Part shown: piece after piece, positions 12,572 through 24,734 of the stretch
Position numbering within the stretch: the stretch's first letter is position 1
Layout of the letters: the number at the start of each line of letters is the position of its first letter
DNA from: Octopus sinensis
Lineage: Eukaryota
Direction: 5' to 3'
DNA: 64,000 nt
Assembly (NCBI RefSeq): GCF_006345805.1
Contig: NC_043008.1
Coordinates: 51,894,001 to 51,958,000, forward strand
Translations under genes and position numbers: made by a program
The notes under the pieces: model-generated
The model's input: only the letters and a program-made list of their open reading frames with translations
What the model was told of the DNA's origin: nothing
The model's database searches: none

Positions 12572-12986
12572 GAAGGTTTGAAAATGCAATTTTAAAGATG
12601 TTTATTCACTTGACCGGTTTCACTTTTTTAGAAAAAGATTGTCAAAAGTAAAATTTAAAAGCTTTGTATAAGCTTTGTTGTGTTAAGAACTGGTTGTCAC
12701 AAAATATTACAATACATATATACATTCTTTGGTAATAATAAGAAAATGTTAAAAACAGTTTACAAGGAAATATTAAACAAATATTTTCTCAAGATATTTC
12801 CTTGTAAACTGTTTTTAACATTTTCTTATTACCAAAGAAGGTATATATGTATTGTAATATTTTGTGACAACCAATACTTAACACAACAAAGCTTTTACAT
12901 TTTACTTTTGACAATCTTTTTCTAAAAAAGTGAAACCGGTCAAGTGAATAAACATTTTTTAAATTACATTTTCAAACCTGCTTTCA
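12567..12986. mobile_element. 420-bp foldback palindrome inserted in (TA)n, carrying a hammerhead-like motif in each arm
   Basis: Arm 12567-12773 is the near-perfect reverse complement of 12794-12986; 20-nt loop; flanked by TA repeats. Confidence 0.9.
12901..12948 (+). ncRNA. Candidate minimal type I hammerhead ribozyme (U3-A8 core variant); mirror copy on the minus strand at 12605-12652
   Basis: UUUACUU|UUGACAA|U CUUUUU cua AAAAAG U|GAA|ACCGGU|C|AAGUGAA: 7-bp stem I, 6-bp stem II, palindromic stem III, GUC cleavage triplet. Caveat: U10.1-U11.1 mismatch. Confidence 0.55.
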
Positions 12987-13200
12987 TATATATTTCCACT
13001 CATGTGGTACCTTACAATTTCACTTTACTATATATATATATATATATATAAATGCAAAACCTAAATATATTCAGAAGACAAACACATGTACAAGTATATA
13101 AATATTTATATATATTGACAAATAAATCTACTTTTACATGGAGTATAAAAGTACAGGAAACTAAGGGGAGAATGCTTTCAACCTCTGTTCTCAACTGGTA

Positions 13201-13537
13201 CTTATTTTAAAGGTCCTGAAAAGATAAAAGGAAAATTTGACCTCAGCAGAATTTGAACTCAGAACATAAAGATAAGTGAAATGCCACTAAGCATTTCTTC
13301 TAGTGTGTTAATGATTCTACCAGTTCACCACCTTACCCATCCTTGTATAATGCAGGGTAGCCATTATCTTATTTTAAAGGCCCTGAAAGGATAAAAGGAA
13401 AATTTGACCTCAGCAGAATTTGAACTCAGAACATAAAGATAAGTGAAATGCCACTAAGCATTTCTTCTGGTGTGTTAATGATTCTACCAGTTCACCACCT
13501 TACCCATCCTTGTATAATGCAGGGTAGCCATTATCTT
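13201..13537. repeat. 167-bp direct tandem duplication of a SINE A fragment plus flank
   Basis: cttattttaaagg at 13201 and 13368; the copies differ at only about 3 positions. Confidence 0.92.
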
Positions 13538-13914
13538 TTCAAAAAGACACTTGTTCCAGTCCCTCTATCATATTGTCATCTCTCAACACCAAGAATAAAT
13601 TCACCTCCTTTTCTACTACCACTCAGTCATGGAAGTGTTTTCTGTCTTACGAGTTACATGGCAACCTCATTAGCACCAGTGCCACAAAAAAGTACCCAGT
13701 GCTCTCTGTACGCTCTAGAAATAATGCCAAACAGATATCGGAGACAGGAGCAGTGCTCTGATTCAACTCATTGGACTCCACTGAACCATGATGGTGTGAA
13801 AAACTGGCATTAAATGATGATTATAACATGCATACACACAACCACACACATATATGTATGTACATATATGTATATGTATATGTATATATATATATATACA
13901 CACACATATATTCT

Positions 13915-14245
13915 TCTTTGACCCCCTTCGGTCATGAATGACCATGGGATTGCACCTAGAAAGTTACCCTCCTAGACACAAGTCTGGGCAAGGTTGTTTT
14001 TATGGAAGGCCAGCAGTCGCCCATGCATACCAGCCTCCCCTCTCCACGCCACCAGTGTTATCCAAGGGAAAGACAAAGGTCGATACAGCTTGGCACCAGT
14101 GACGTCGCAACTCATTTCTACAGCTGAGTGAACTGGAGCAACGTGAAATAAAGTGCCTTGCTCGAGAAAACAACACGCAGCCCGGTCTGGGATTCGAGCT
14201 CACAACCTCACGATCGTAAGCTCGACGCTCTAACCACTGAGCCAT
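13915..14245 (-). mobile_element. SINE with a family D-type tRNA head and a different body
   Basis: Minus strand atggctcagtggttagagcg...gagctcgaatcccagaccggg; head similar to the 9766-10077 copy. Confidence 0.8.
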
Positions 14246-15254
14246 ATATAATGTATATATATATATATGTACATATATTTGTGTATATATATATATTTAT
14301 ATATATATATACACACACACACATACATAATTACATGCATACATACATATATATATATATATACATTATATGTATGTTTTTATGCATGCACATGCATACA
14401 CAAACACACACACACAATGCCCACACACAAAATGCACACATACATACACACACATATGCACACACACACTCACTCATCCATAACTGACACAATCTTGTTC
14501 AGTGCAATATTATTTATAACTTCATTTGTAAGTTCTCATGAGAATGTCAACAAGAAATTGGAATCCACTATTCCTGCAGAAGACATTCTTTCAATTGTTT
14601 TTTTATAGATCATTCCTTTGAATCTTTATGGAAACTAAATGTCAAAGCAAAGAGATATATATATTTAGCCATAAATATAAGCTTGTCATAACTATGTAAA
14701 CATGAAAAACAATTAAAATAATATTCATCTAATGTTCTTTATTTTACTATTTCGTATTTACGAGTAAACTTGTTATATTACTAAAGATGGAACTCATTAT
14801 TTATGTCATTCATTTAGCATAAACATACAAAAAACATAAAAGCATATATTTCACATATGGTTCATACTTTAATTGTGCTCAACAGCTGTTTCGTTAAGAT
14901 AAACACAACCAAGTGTATAAATACATAATTGTGACGCATAATTAATTTGAATTGAATTAAATTAATCTGAAAATTGCATTTATTCAAATCATCCAGAATT
15001 GTTGTGTTATGTTAATCAGAAAACTCATACTATGTTTTGTTTTTTAATGTTTTTCTACTTTACGTTAAATATATTACTGTTAAAGATTGTTTTAGCTGAT
15101 TATGTATATGTTTAAATATATGTCTGCATATATGTGCATATATATGTATGTACACACACACTATGTATACAGACAGTTACATAAAGAAGTGCTGATCACT
15201 TTAAGTGGATGGAACTTGTTGCAGAGTGAGACCCAGGAAGACATGAGATAAAAT

Positions 15255-15605
15255 ATTGAAGGATGATGATAAATGCAATGATGATGATGCTGATGAATTT
15301 GGTGATGATGACGAATGTGGTGATGATGATGCTGGTGATGATAATGATGGTGAATGTGATGACAAATGTGAATATGATGGTGTCGATGATGATGATGAAT
15401 ATGATGACTATGACAAATATGATGATGATGATGACAATGACAATGATGATGATATGGCCACGATGATGATAAATGATGATGATGATGATCATGAAACTGA
15501 TGATACTAACAATGATGTCGATGGTGGTGAGCCTAATGGTAATGATGACAACAATGATGATGACAATGATTATCATGATGGTGATGATGATAATCATGAT
15601 GAATG
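15255..15605. repeat. Degenerate (GAT)n trinucleotide array
   Basis: Visible GAT/GAC/AAT repeats; open in several frames because of low complexity. Confidence 0.85.
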
Positions 15606-16166
15606 TCTTCACACTAAATATCTTCACATACACACACACGTGTGCACACACACACACACATACCCTGCCCTGCTTAACTGTCAATTTTTATTGCAAACAA
15701 TGTCCCTGAGTAACTAAAGTCTGTGTTTTATTATCTAGCAACAACATTTGCTGATGTCATATGCAAATAAGTTTCTGTCAATATCTCTTTGGATCTTTAC
15801 TTCATTCCGGGTCATCAAACAATCTTATGACACTTCATTCTCTCTTTCTCTCCGCGCCCAATTGATTTTCATGTTTCACTTTTATTTTTATCTTGTATTG
15901 ATATTTGTCAAGCTATTTAAAGCAATATGCTTGGGTAACAATGTATTTGACATTATTGTCTTTAAAATACAACTTCCTTCTTTGATTTTAATCCTGTGCA
16001 TTCGCTAAGTTAGGGTTTGAAAACCAAAAAAAAAATTCCAAAATAAACTAGAAATAAAATATGTTGCGAGACAAATGGACAACAAACGGACAAAAATATC
16101 AACAGACAGACAGACAGACAGACAGACAGATAGATAGATAGATAGATAGATAGAATAAAAGGTATA

Positions 16167-16470
16167 TCTTAATATATAAAACTGAGGATGTGTGTCTATC
16201 TGTCTGTGTGAATCCCTAAAATTCTAGAAGTACTCAACCGATTTCATTCAAATTTCATACATGCCTTACTTAAGGTCCATGCAGTATAATAGGATGCAAA
16301 AAAATTTCAACTTCTTCCCTAATGCGAGCCCAGAGCAATCTCTTATCTCTTACACTATTTCAATATTACGTGTCAAAAGTGAAACAATAACATCTATCTA
16401 TTGTACTGTGTGATACTTTCAGTTGAATAGTTTCGCTATTAATACTGAAAGTATTAAAGTGAAACTATTT
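16167..16470 (+). mobile_element. Non-autonomous Helitron-like element, 5' portion
   Basis: Begins a|TCttaatatataaaa...gtctatctgtctgtg...aaccgatttcattcaaatt, the usual 5'-TC start and subterminal signature of non-autonomous Helitrons; no 3' CTRR hairpin identified. Confidence 0.55.
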
Positions 16471-16820
16471 TTCAAATATATCTCACATATATACATGTGA
16501 GATACATATATTACATATGTATCTCACATATATACATATATATACATATATATGTATATATGCCTGTATATATGTGCATATACATCTGAACATATGTATG
16601 TATCTGTATATCTATATATATATATATATATATATATGTATAGATGCATATGTATGGATGTATCATCTTTGTTTCCTTTCCTGAGCGCCTGCTAATACAT
16701 TTACCATGTCCTCACGTTGTTGTTTTTCATGTTTATTCTTCTTTTTGGGGATTTACTATATGTGTATATGTATATACATACATGTGTATATATAGATTTA
16801 TATGTATATATGTATGTGTG

Positions 16821-17047
16821 TATAAATTAATAAATAAATAAAATATATGCATATATATACATACATATATGTACGTCCCTACCTCTACATGTATATATAC
16901 ATGCATATATGGGTACAGGACACCCAAAAAACGTCAAACACAATGAGAAACGAAAACCCATATATGCATGTATATATACATGTAGAGGTAGGTACGTACA
17001 TATATGTATGTATATATGCATATATTTTATTTATTTATTAATTTATA
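16821..17047. repeat. Inverted repeat, ~92-bp arms with a 43-nt loop
   Basis: 16821-16913 versus the reverse complement of 16957-17047: about 2 differences. Confidence 0.9.
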
Positions 17048-17147
17048 TATGACAGAACGCACGCATCCCTTTCTAAGGAAGATTGTTCTATATATATATA
17101 TATATAAAACAATATATATATGTATACATACATATATATACACACAC

Positions 17148-17207
<60 letters not shown>

Positions 17208-17239
17208 ATATATATGTATGTATACATATATATATTGTT

Positions 17240-17270
<31 letters not shown>

Positions 17271-17470
17271 TGGCCTGCTCGCTTAGCCAGTGGGGTGGCG
17301 TCATTCGAAGGCTAAAACAATGCGAACGCATTGTGACCAGCGATGTGTAGCAACATCTGATGGTCTGGTCGGTCACGTGGTCACGTGATATGTATATATA
17401 TATATATATATAATATATATATATAATATATATATATTATATATATATTATATATATATATATATATATA

Positions 17471-17513
<43 letters not shown>

Positions 17514-17739
17514 GTGTGTGTGTGTGTATATATACATATGTATATATATATTTATATTCCTGAGCGCCATACTAATACAATTGTTTGTTTGTATTCCACC
17601 TGCCTTCGTCTTTTGTTTATTTCCGTAAACCTGCCTTCGTCTTTTGTCTATTTTCATAAAGCTTCCCGTTATATATATATATGAGTGTGTGAGTGTGTAT
17701 GTATATATACATGAAGCATGATCTTTGAATGTTGTGCCT

Positions 17740-18300
17740 CATAGAAGCAATGGCAAAAGACCAAGACCTCTGGGGGTATGCTATGACTGAGAAAACTCGG
17801 CAAATAAAGTGAGTCCACAGCTGTAACCTACACCAGTGTTGCATAACCATCCTACTCAAAAGTACCTTGGATAGTAGGGCGACATGCCGTGCTTGAGGAG
17901 ATGTATTGAGTCAAGTGCATCAATATCAACATCAATATCAAAATCAAATCAGATAGAAATTGTAGTTGTGACCCCCATACTAGTAGCACGTAAAAAGCAC
18001 CATCTGAATGTGGCCAATGCCAGTGCCGCTTTGACTGGCATCTGTGCTGGTAGCACATAAAATCACCATCCGATTGTGGTCGATGCCAGCTCCCTTGGCC
18101 CCTGTACCGGTGGCATGTAAAAAGCACTCACTACACTCTCAGAGTGGTTGGCATTAGGAAGGGCATCAGCTGTAGAAACACTGCCAGATCAGATTGGGGC
18201 CTGGTGCAGCCTCCTGGCTTCCCAAACCCCAGTCAAACTGTCATCCAACCCATGCCAGCATGGAAAACAGACGTTAAACGATGATGATGAGGAGGAGGAT
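17740..18300 (+). mobile_element. SINE family C (RTE-like 3' tail ending in (GAT)n), long copy
   Basis: gtggttggcattaggaagggcatc...cccatgccagcatggaaaacagacgttaaacgatgatg. Confidence 0.8.
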
Positions 18301-18384
18301 GATATATTGTGTATATACATACATGTGAATATATTTATATACATGTATATATATGTATATATCTATATACGTGACACTTGTGAA

Positions 18385-18908
18385 GACCTGTTGAGGCAAG
18401 TGAAAATCAAATCAAATCAAATCAAACCAAAATAGATGAACATCAATGGAATTTGTATCCTTGTGGTACCAGTGCCGGTGGCACATAAGAAAACCATCCG
18501 AATGTGACAGTACCGCATCGACTGGCCTCTGTGCTGAGGGCACGTAACAAACACCATCCAAGCGTGGCCGTCTGCCAGCCTCGTCTGGCACCTGTGTCGG
18601 TGGCACATAAAAACACCATCCGAGCGTGGCCGTCTGCCAGCCTCGTCTGGCACCTGTGTCGGTGGCACATAAAAAACACCATCCGAGCGTGGCCGTCTGC
18701 CAGCCTCGTCTGGCACCTGTGTTGGTGGGACATAAAATCAACCACTACACTCTCAGAGTGGTTGGCGTTAGGAAGGGCATCCAGCTGTAGAAACACTGCC
18801 AGATCTGACTGGCCTGGTGCAGCCTTCGGGCTTGCCAGACCCCAGTTGAACCGTCCAACCCATGCTAGCATGGAAAGCGGACGTTAAACGATGATGATGA
18901 TGATGATG
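18385..18908 (+). mobile_element. SINE family C with an internal ~60-bp tandem array (about 3.5 copies at 18530-18740)
   Basis: caccatccgagcgtggccgtctgccagcctcgtctggcacctgtg repeated, followed by the family C tail. Confidence 0.88.
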
Positions 18909-18934
18909 TATACATATATATAGATTCATTTATA

Positions 18935-18986
<52 letters not shown>

Positions 18987-19394
18987 ACATCTATATATGA
19001 ATACATGTATATTTGTTAACACCCTTCATTTCTAAATTTGATAGAAATCTTTTGTTTCAATAAATTTAATAATTCATACAAACTAAAGCCGGTGGTTTTG
19101 GTGGTTATGAATCAAAAAGCAGCAGAGAGCCAGAATAACTGCCAACATTGCATCTCTCTCTTACTTGGTCAATAAAATACATATCAACAATTCATTGTTC
19201 TCACTGTTCTCGATCTTATTAAACTACATGTTTTCCATGAAAAGTATTGACCTTGAATAAATCAATTTTTTTTTTTTGTTTTAATCCTTTCACTGCAAAA
19301 TCATATTTCATGGATATTCCTATAATAAAGTTAGATATCTACCAAAAAATAGAATTGGCGTTTTCTGCAAGTAATGTTGTCTCAGCATTGCTGT

Positions 19395-19579
19395 GTGAGT
19401 AAGAACCATGTAGTTTTGGTTTCCAACCATGTAGTTTGGGTTTGAGTCCAATTGCGCAGCACCTTGGGCAAGTGTCTTCTACTATAGCCCAAGGCCAGGC
19501 TGACTAAAGCCTTCTGAGAGAATTTGGTGGATGGAAACTGAAAGAAACTCTTCACGTAAGTATGTATGTATGTACATGC

Positions 19580-19641
<62 letters not shown>

Positions 19642-19666
19642 TATATACATATAATGTGTATATATA

Positions 19667-19704
<38 letters not shown>

Positions 19705-19717
19705 TTATATGTATATA

Positions 19718-19750
<33 letters not shown>

Positions 19751-19950
19751 GCATACATATAGCTGAGTGTGTCTTTGTGTTTGTTTCATGCCAGTGCTTG
19801 ACAACTGGTGTTGGGAGTTCAGCAAAATACACAAACAGAATAAGTACCAGGCTTTAAAAATTATAAGTACTGGAGTCAATTTGTTTGACTAAAACCTTCA
19901 AGGTGATGCTCCAGCATGACCACAGTCCATTGACAGAAGCAAGATAAAGA
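19395..19950 (+). mobile_element. SINE family B with an expanded central (TA)n
   Basis: Head at 19395-19560, 3' half at 19760-19950. Confidence 0.75.
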
Positions 19951-20143
19951 TAAGAGAAGGTAAAAGATATCTCAACAGAAAATATTTTCAAACATGACAT
20001 TCCTCATCAGAAGATTGGTTGACATATAAATATACTTTCTGCGGTTAAGAGTAAATAAATTTTGAGCAGATATATCTGATTTCCATAGTAAAAGGATTAA
20101 ATGCCAAATATTGACTGAGGTTTACTGAAATTGGCAAATAAGT

Positions 20144-20651
20144 TTAAGTCTTTAATATTTAAACTGGACATATCCAACCATATCTGGTCCAGATATCTTA
20201 ACTATTTTATGCTCAAACTGGTCAGATCCAGCCATATCTGGTTCAGATATTTTAACTATTTTATGATCAAACTTGCCAGGTCCAGCCATATCTGGTTCAG
20301 ATATTTTAACTATTTTATGATCAAACTTGCCAGGTCCAGCCATATCTGGTTCAGATATTTTAACTATTTTATGCTCAAACTGGTCAGATCCAGCCATATC
20401 TGGTCCAGATATCTTAACTATTTTATGCTCAAACTTGCCAGGTCCAGCCATATCTGGTTCAGATATTTTAACTGTTTTATGATCAAACTGGCCAGATCCA
20501 ACTTGTTGCACCTATCCTACTATCTCATTCTAAAAGTAAACAATCACATCATGGAAATCTCAAAGCTATAAGATAATATTTGATTAATTGAAAGCAATGT
20601 GAATAAATAAGCTTTTCATCTGACAGAGTAATCTGAACACTAAAGGGTTAA
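20144..20651 (+). mobile_element. piggyBac-type MITE (TTAA...CTAAAGGGTTAA) with an internal 54-bp tandem array
   Basis: Same family as 29599, 34497, 50731 and 63032; about 6 copies of aaactggtcagatccagccatatctggttcagatattttaactattttatgctc. Confidence 0.8.
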
Positions 20652-20687
20652 AAGTGTAACAATCAATAGAGTTTTCATATCTTTTAT

Positions 20688-20946
20688 TTTTTACTTGTTT
20701 CAGTAATTGGACTGCAGCCATGTTTGGGCACTGCTTTAAAAGGTGTTACTTGAATGAATAAACCCCAGTACTGATATTCTAAAGCCTGCTACTTATTCTA
20801 TCGTGTTTTTTTTTCCAAAGCCACTGAGTTACAGGGATGTAAACAAACCAATACCAGTTGTCAAGTAGTGGTGGGAGACACACAAAAGCACTAAGACATA
20901 CACATTTGTTTGTCTGTCCATCTCTCTCTCTCACTATGTATACATA

Positions 20947-20981
<35 letters not shown>

Positions 20982-21550
20982 CGCCTGACTGGCCCACGTG
21001 CCGGTGGCATGTAGCACCCACTACACTCTTGGAGTGGTTGGCGTTAGGAAGAGCATCCAGCTGTAGAAACTCTGCCAGATCAGATTGGAGTCTGGTGCAG
21101 CCATCTGGTTTGCCAGACCTCAGTCAAATCGTCCAACCCATGCTAGCATGATGATGATATATTTATGCATATATATATATGTATATATATATATATCATC
21201 ATCATCATCATCATCATCGTTTAATGTCTGTTCTCCATGCTAGCATGGGTTGGACGGTTCGACCGGGGATCTGGGAAACCAGAAGGCTGCACCAGGCTCC
21301 AGTCTTATCTGGCAATGTTTCTACAGCTGGATGCCCTTCCTAACGCCAACCACTCCGTATATATACACACACATTATATATACATATATATATGCAATGG
21401 GCTTCTTTCAGTTTCTGCCTATCATATCCACTGACAAGGCTTTGGTTAGCCCAGGGCAATAGTAGAAGACACTTGCTCTAGGTGCCACAGGCTGAGACTG
21501 AACCTGGAACACACGACTGGAAAGCAAACTTCTTACCACACAGCCATACC
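20688..21550 (-). mobile_element. SINE family B split by two family C copies (20981-21158 +, 21196-21357 -)
   Basis: 3' half at 20688-20910, 5' half at 21392-21550; family C tails lie between them. Confidence 0.75.
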
Positions 21551-21894
21551 AGCACCAATAGTTGAATAATCCAATATAGAATTAAATTTTTTTCTTTAAA
21601 ATATTATGGTTAGACAATGATTTATTTATTAATTTAATGCATTTCCAATTTAGCAAGATTTTACAATTATCATGGTGCTGTGAATGAAAGCAACACTATG
21701 GTCATTGGGTCTTTGCCTTTCATCCTTTCGGGGTCGATAAATTAAGTACCAGTTACGCACGGGGGTCGATGTAATCGACTTAATACCTATGTCTGTCCTT
21801 GTTTGTCCCCTCTATGTTTAGCCCCTTGTGGGTAATAAAGAAATAGGTATCCGGCAGTAGAAACCATGCTTGGACATGAAAGTTGGACATTAAA

Positions 21895-22150
21895 TGATGA
21901 TGATGATGACAATAATGATAATAATGATAACAATAATGACCACCATCACCATCACTGCCATTGCAATCACCATGATGATGATGATGATGATACCCCCTAT
22001 AGATGATGCAGTCCTGCAAGTGAAGCCACCTCCATTGTCAATGCTGCTGCTGTTGCCACTGGTGGCACCAATGAAGATGACACTGATGCCAGTGACAATA
22101 ATGATGACAATGGTGATGGACGATGACAATGATAATGATGATTACTATGG
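21895..22150. repeat. (GAT/CAT)n low-complexity region
   Basis: Directly visible. Confidence 0.8.
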
Positions 22151-22351
22151 TACATATAATCATGTGACACTTGACCATCTTCTCAGCATTCTTTAATGTG
22201 AATCAAAAAACCAAAATAATGTTCAAAGGAGTCCAATAATATGATAAAAAGCATATCTCATTATGATGGCTACAACCAATTCACCTCTCAATCTGCCCAC
22301 ACCAAAAGTCCTCCCTCCTCACCCTGCCATAAAAACCCTTTGCTTTAGATA

Positions 22352-22753
22352 CTCTCTCTTTTACTCTTTTACTTGTTTCAGTCATTTGACTGTGGCCATG
22401 CTGGAGCACCGCCTTTAGTCGAGCAACTCGACCCCGGAACTTATTCTTTTTGTAAGCCCAGTACTTATTCTATCGGTCTCTTTTTGCCGAACCGCTAAGT
22501 GACGGGGACGTAAACACACCAGCATCGGTTGTCAAGCAATGCTAGGGGAACAAACACAGACACACACACACACATATATATATATACATATATACGACAG
22601 GCTTCTTTCAGTTTCTGTCTACCAAATTCACTCACAAGGCATTGGTCGGCCCAGGGCTATAGCAGAAGACACTTGCCCAAGATGCCACGCAGTGGGGCTG
22701 AACCCGGAACCATGTGGTTGGTTAGCAAGCTACTTACCACACAGCCACTCCTG
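22352..22753 (-). mobile_element. SINE family B, full length, young (CpGs retained)
   Basis: Near-identical to the 31481, 34685 and 48329 copies. Confidence 0.92.
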
Positions 22754-23139
22754 TAATTGTTTGTCATTACCCACACTCTCCAACATGTAAATCAATCTAC
22801 TTACATCATAGTTCCTCAACAGCATTAACTCTCTCTCTTTCATGTGTGCTCATGTCCAGTTTTTCATGCCAGCATGGATTAAATGAATACATATCAGAGG
22901 TATTGTTTTACAGTTGTGTGCTCTTCCTGTTACTAACCATTATTTGTTTTTCAAGCTATGGATTCATTTATATTCCACTTGTCTTCAAAAGCATTGAGTG
23001 GTGTACAGTTTGTTAGTAGGAATTGCCATAAAATCTGTTTTGGGTTCAAGGCTTTGCATGCAAGAAAAAGGAAATGTGAACAAACACACACACAAGGTTA
23101 CACAGAAACTGATCAAGCCTTCCAGCTATGCACAGATGT

Positions 23140-23172
<33 letters not shown>

Positions 23173-23284
23173 CATACATATACATATATGTAAATACACA
23201 CACAAACACACATATATATACATACATTGATTGCTAGCTCCAAAACTTGTTTTATTCTCTCTCTCTGTTTATTTCCTTGTGCTC

Positions 23285-23320
23285 CTTTCTGTAGAAGGGC
23301 ATAGCCTCGAAACATAAAAG
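23285..23320 (+). ncRNA. Decayed minimal hammerhead-like motif in a Penelope-like fragment
   Basis: CUUU|CUGUAGA|A GGGC auag CCUC|GAA|ACAU|A|AAAG: stem I pairs, but A6 and the ACGU palindrome are mutated. Confidence 0.35.
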
Positions 23321-23469
23321 ACTTTCTCACCTTCCCAAGCATTAAACTAATATACCTGTTTGTTGTTTATACACCTGTCTTCGTCTTTTGTTTTTCTGTA
23401 AATTTCAACTATATATATATACACACACACACATATATATGTATATAATATAAATAATATATATATATA

Positions 23470-24174
23470 TATATATGTACATACCTACATATATATGTAT
23501 ATATACATGCATGTATGGGTTCAGGACGTAAAAAAAATGTGAACAAAATGAGAAACAAGAACATAAAAACAAAAACATGGAAAACAATCATTTTTTCGAA
23601 CAACGAAAGAAACAAATAGAGAAATGAGACAGGACACATAAAGAACATTCTCTTCATCAGTTGTCTCCTGTTTTATCTACCCCCCACCATTTCGAACGTA
23701 GGGACAAGACGCAACTTTGTTAAAACAGTCATTCCCACAAAGCAAATTAAAAAATTTGGGATTTGCGGAGGGTTAAAGTGGTGACAAAAACAGGAGAGTG
23801 AGAACAAAACCGTAAAAAAAAATGGTACGGACTGTTAAGCCATAACAAGGTAAAGTGGTGAATGCTGGAGAAACAAGCTTTGGGAAGAGACAGGCAAAAG
23901 CATGTCTTTTCTTTAGGAAGGAAGTGGAAGAAAGATAGATAGCCATTGGTCATGTGTGAGCAACGAGAGAGTCAAGGAAGAAGAGTGAGTGAAGAGAGGG
24001 ATCGGTAAGGGGGAGAGGAGAAGAATTAGAGAAAGGGTGGGAGAGAAAAACAGAAAGGAAGAAGAACAAGAGAGGGAGATAGAATAGAGATAGGCTGTAG
24101 AGTGCGCATCGAACTTATTAAGATAAAACTTACTTGGAAAAGGATGCGTGGTATTCGATCATATAATAATATAT

Positions 24175-24240
<66 letters not shown>

Positions 24241-24258
24241 TATATGTATATATATATA

Positions 24259-24307
<49 letters not shown>

Positions 24308-24390
24308 TATATGTATATACATACATTATATGTATGTACATACCTACATATATATATTTATATATACATGCATATATGGGTACAGGACGT
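23470..24390. mobile_element. Putative Penelope-like (PLE) remnant bounded by direct terminal repeats
   Basis: gtacatacctacatata...catgcat.tatgggt.caggacgt occurs at ~23477-23530 and ~24336-24390, and the same unit forms the 16821 inverted repeat; purine-rich interior. No RT or GIY-YIG motif recognised. Confidence 0.35.
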
Positions 24391-24641
24391 CACACACAAA
24401 CACATAAATGTATATGTATGTATCATCATCATCATAATCATCATTTATTGTCCTCCTTCTATGGATTGGACAGTTTGACAGGAGCTGGCCAGGTAGGAGT
24501 CTGCCTGCCAAATCCATCGGCAAGGCTCTTGTGGGCTCAGGGCTATAAAGAAGACACTTGTCCAAAGTGCCATGCAGTAGGATTGAACCCGAAACCTTGT
24601 TGTTGAGAAGCAAACTTCTCAACCACACAACCACACGTGTG

Positions 24642-24683
<42 letters not shown>

Positions 24684-24701
24684 ATATATTCTCTCTCCTC
24701 T

Positions 24702-24732
<31 letters not shown>

Positions 24733-24734
24733 CG

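Noticed and set aside
15256-15717. Asp-rich 153-aa ORF resembling an acidic biomineral or Ca-binding protein
   Set aside because: Degenerate (GAT)n array open in several frames on both strands, with a TTG start, running into a (CA)n tract; no splice support.
18412-18887. Overlapping 99-142-aa ORFs with 20-aa repeats (also 53602-54138)
   Set aside because: Products of the internal 60-bp array of SINE family C.
20131-20571. CRISPR-like or 18-aa repeat protein reading of the 54-bp array
   Set aside because: Units are contiguous with no unique spacers, there are no cas genes, the context is eukaryotic, and the array lies within a MITE.
23630-23710. Type II hammerhead on the minus strand (GAAA ... 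CUGAUGA)
   Set aside because: Stem II pairs only with 3 extra nucleotides after A9, and no stem III or UH site can be drawn.
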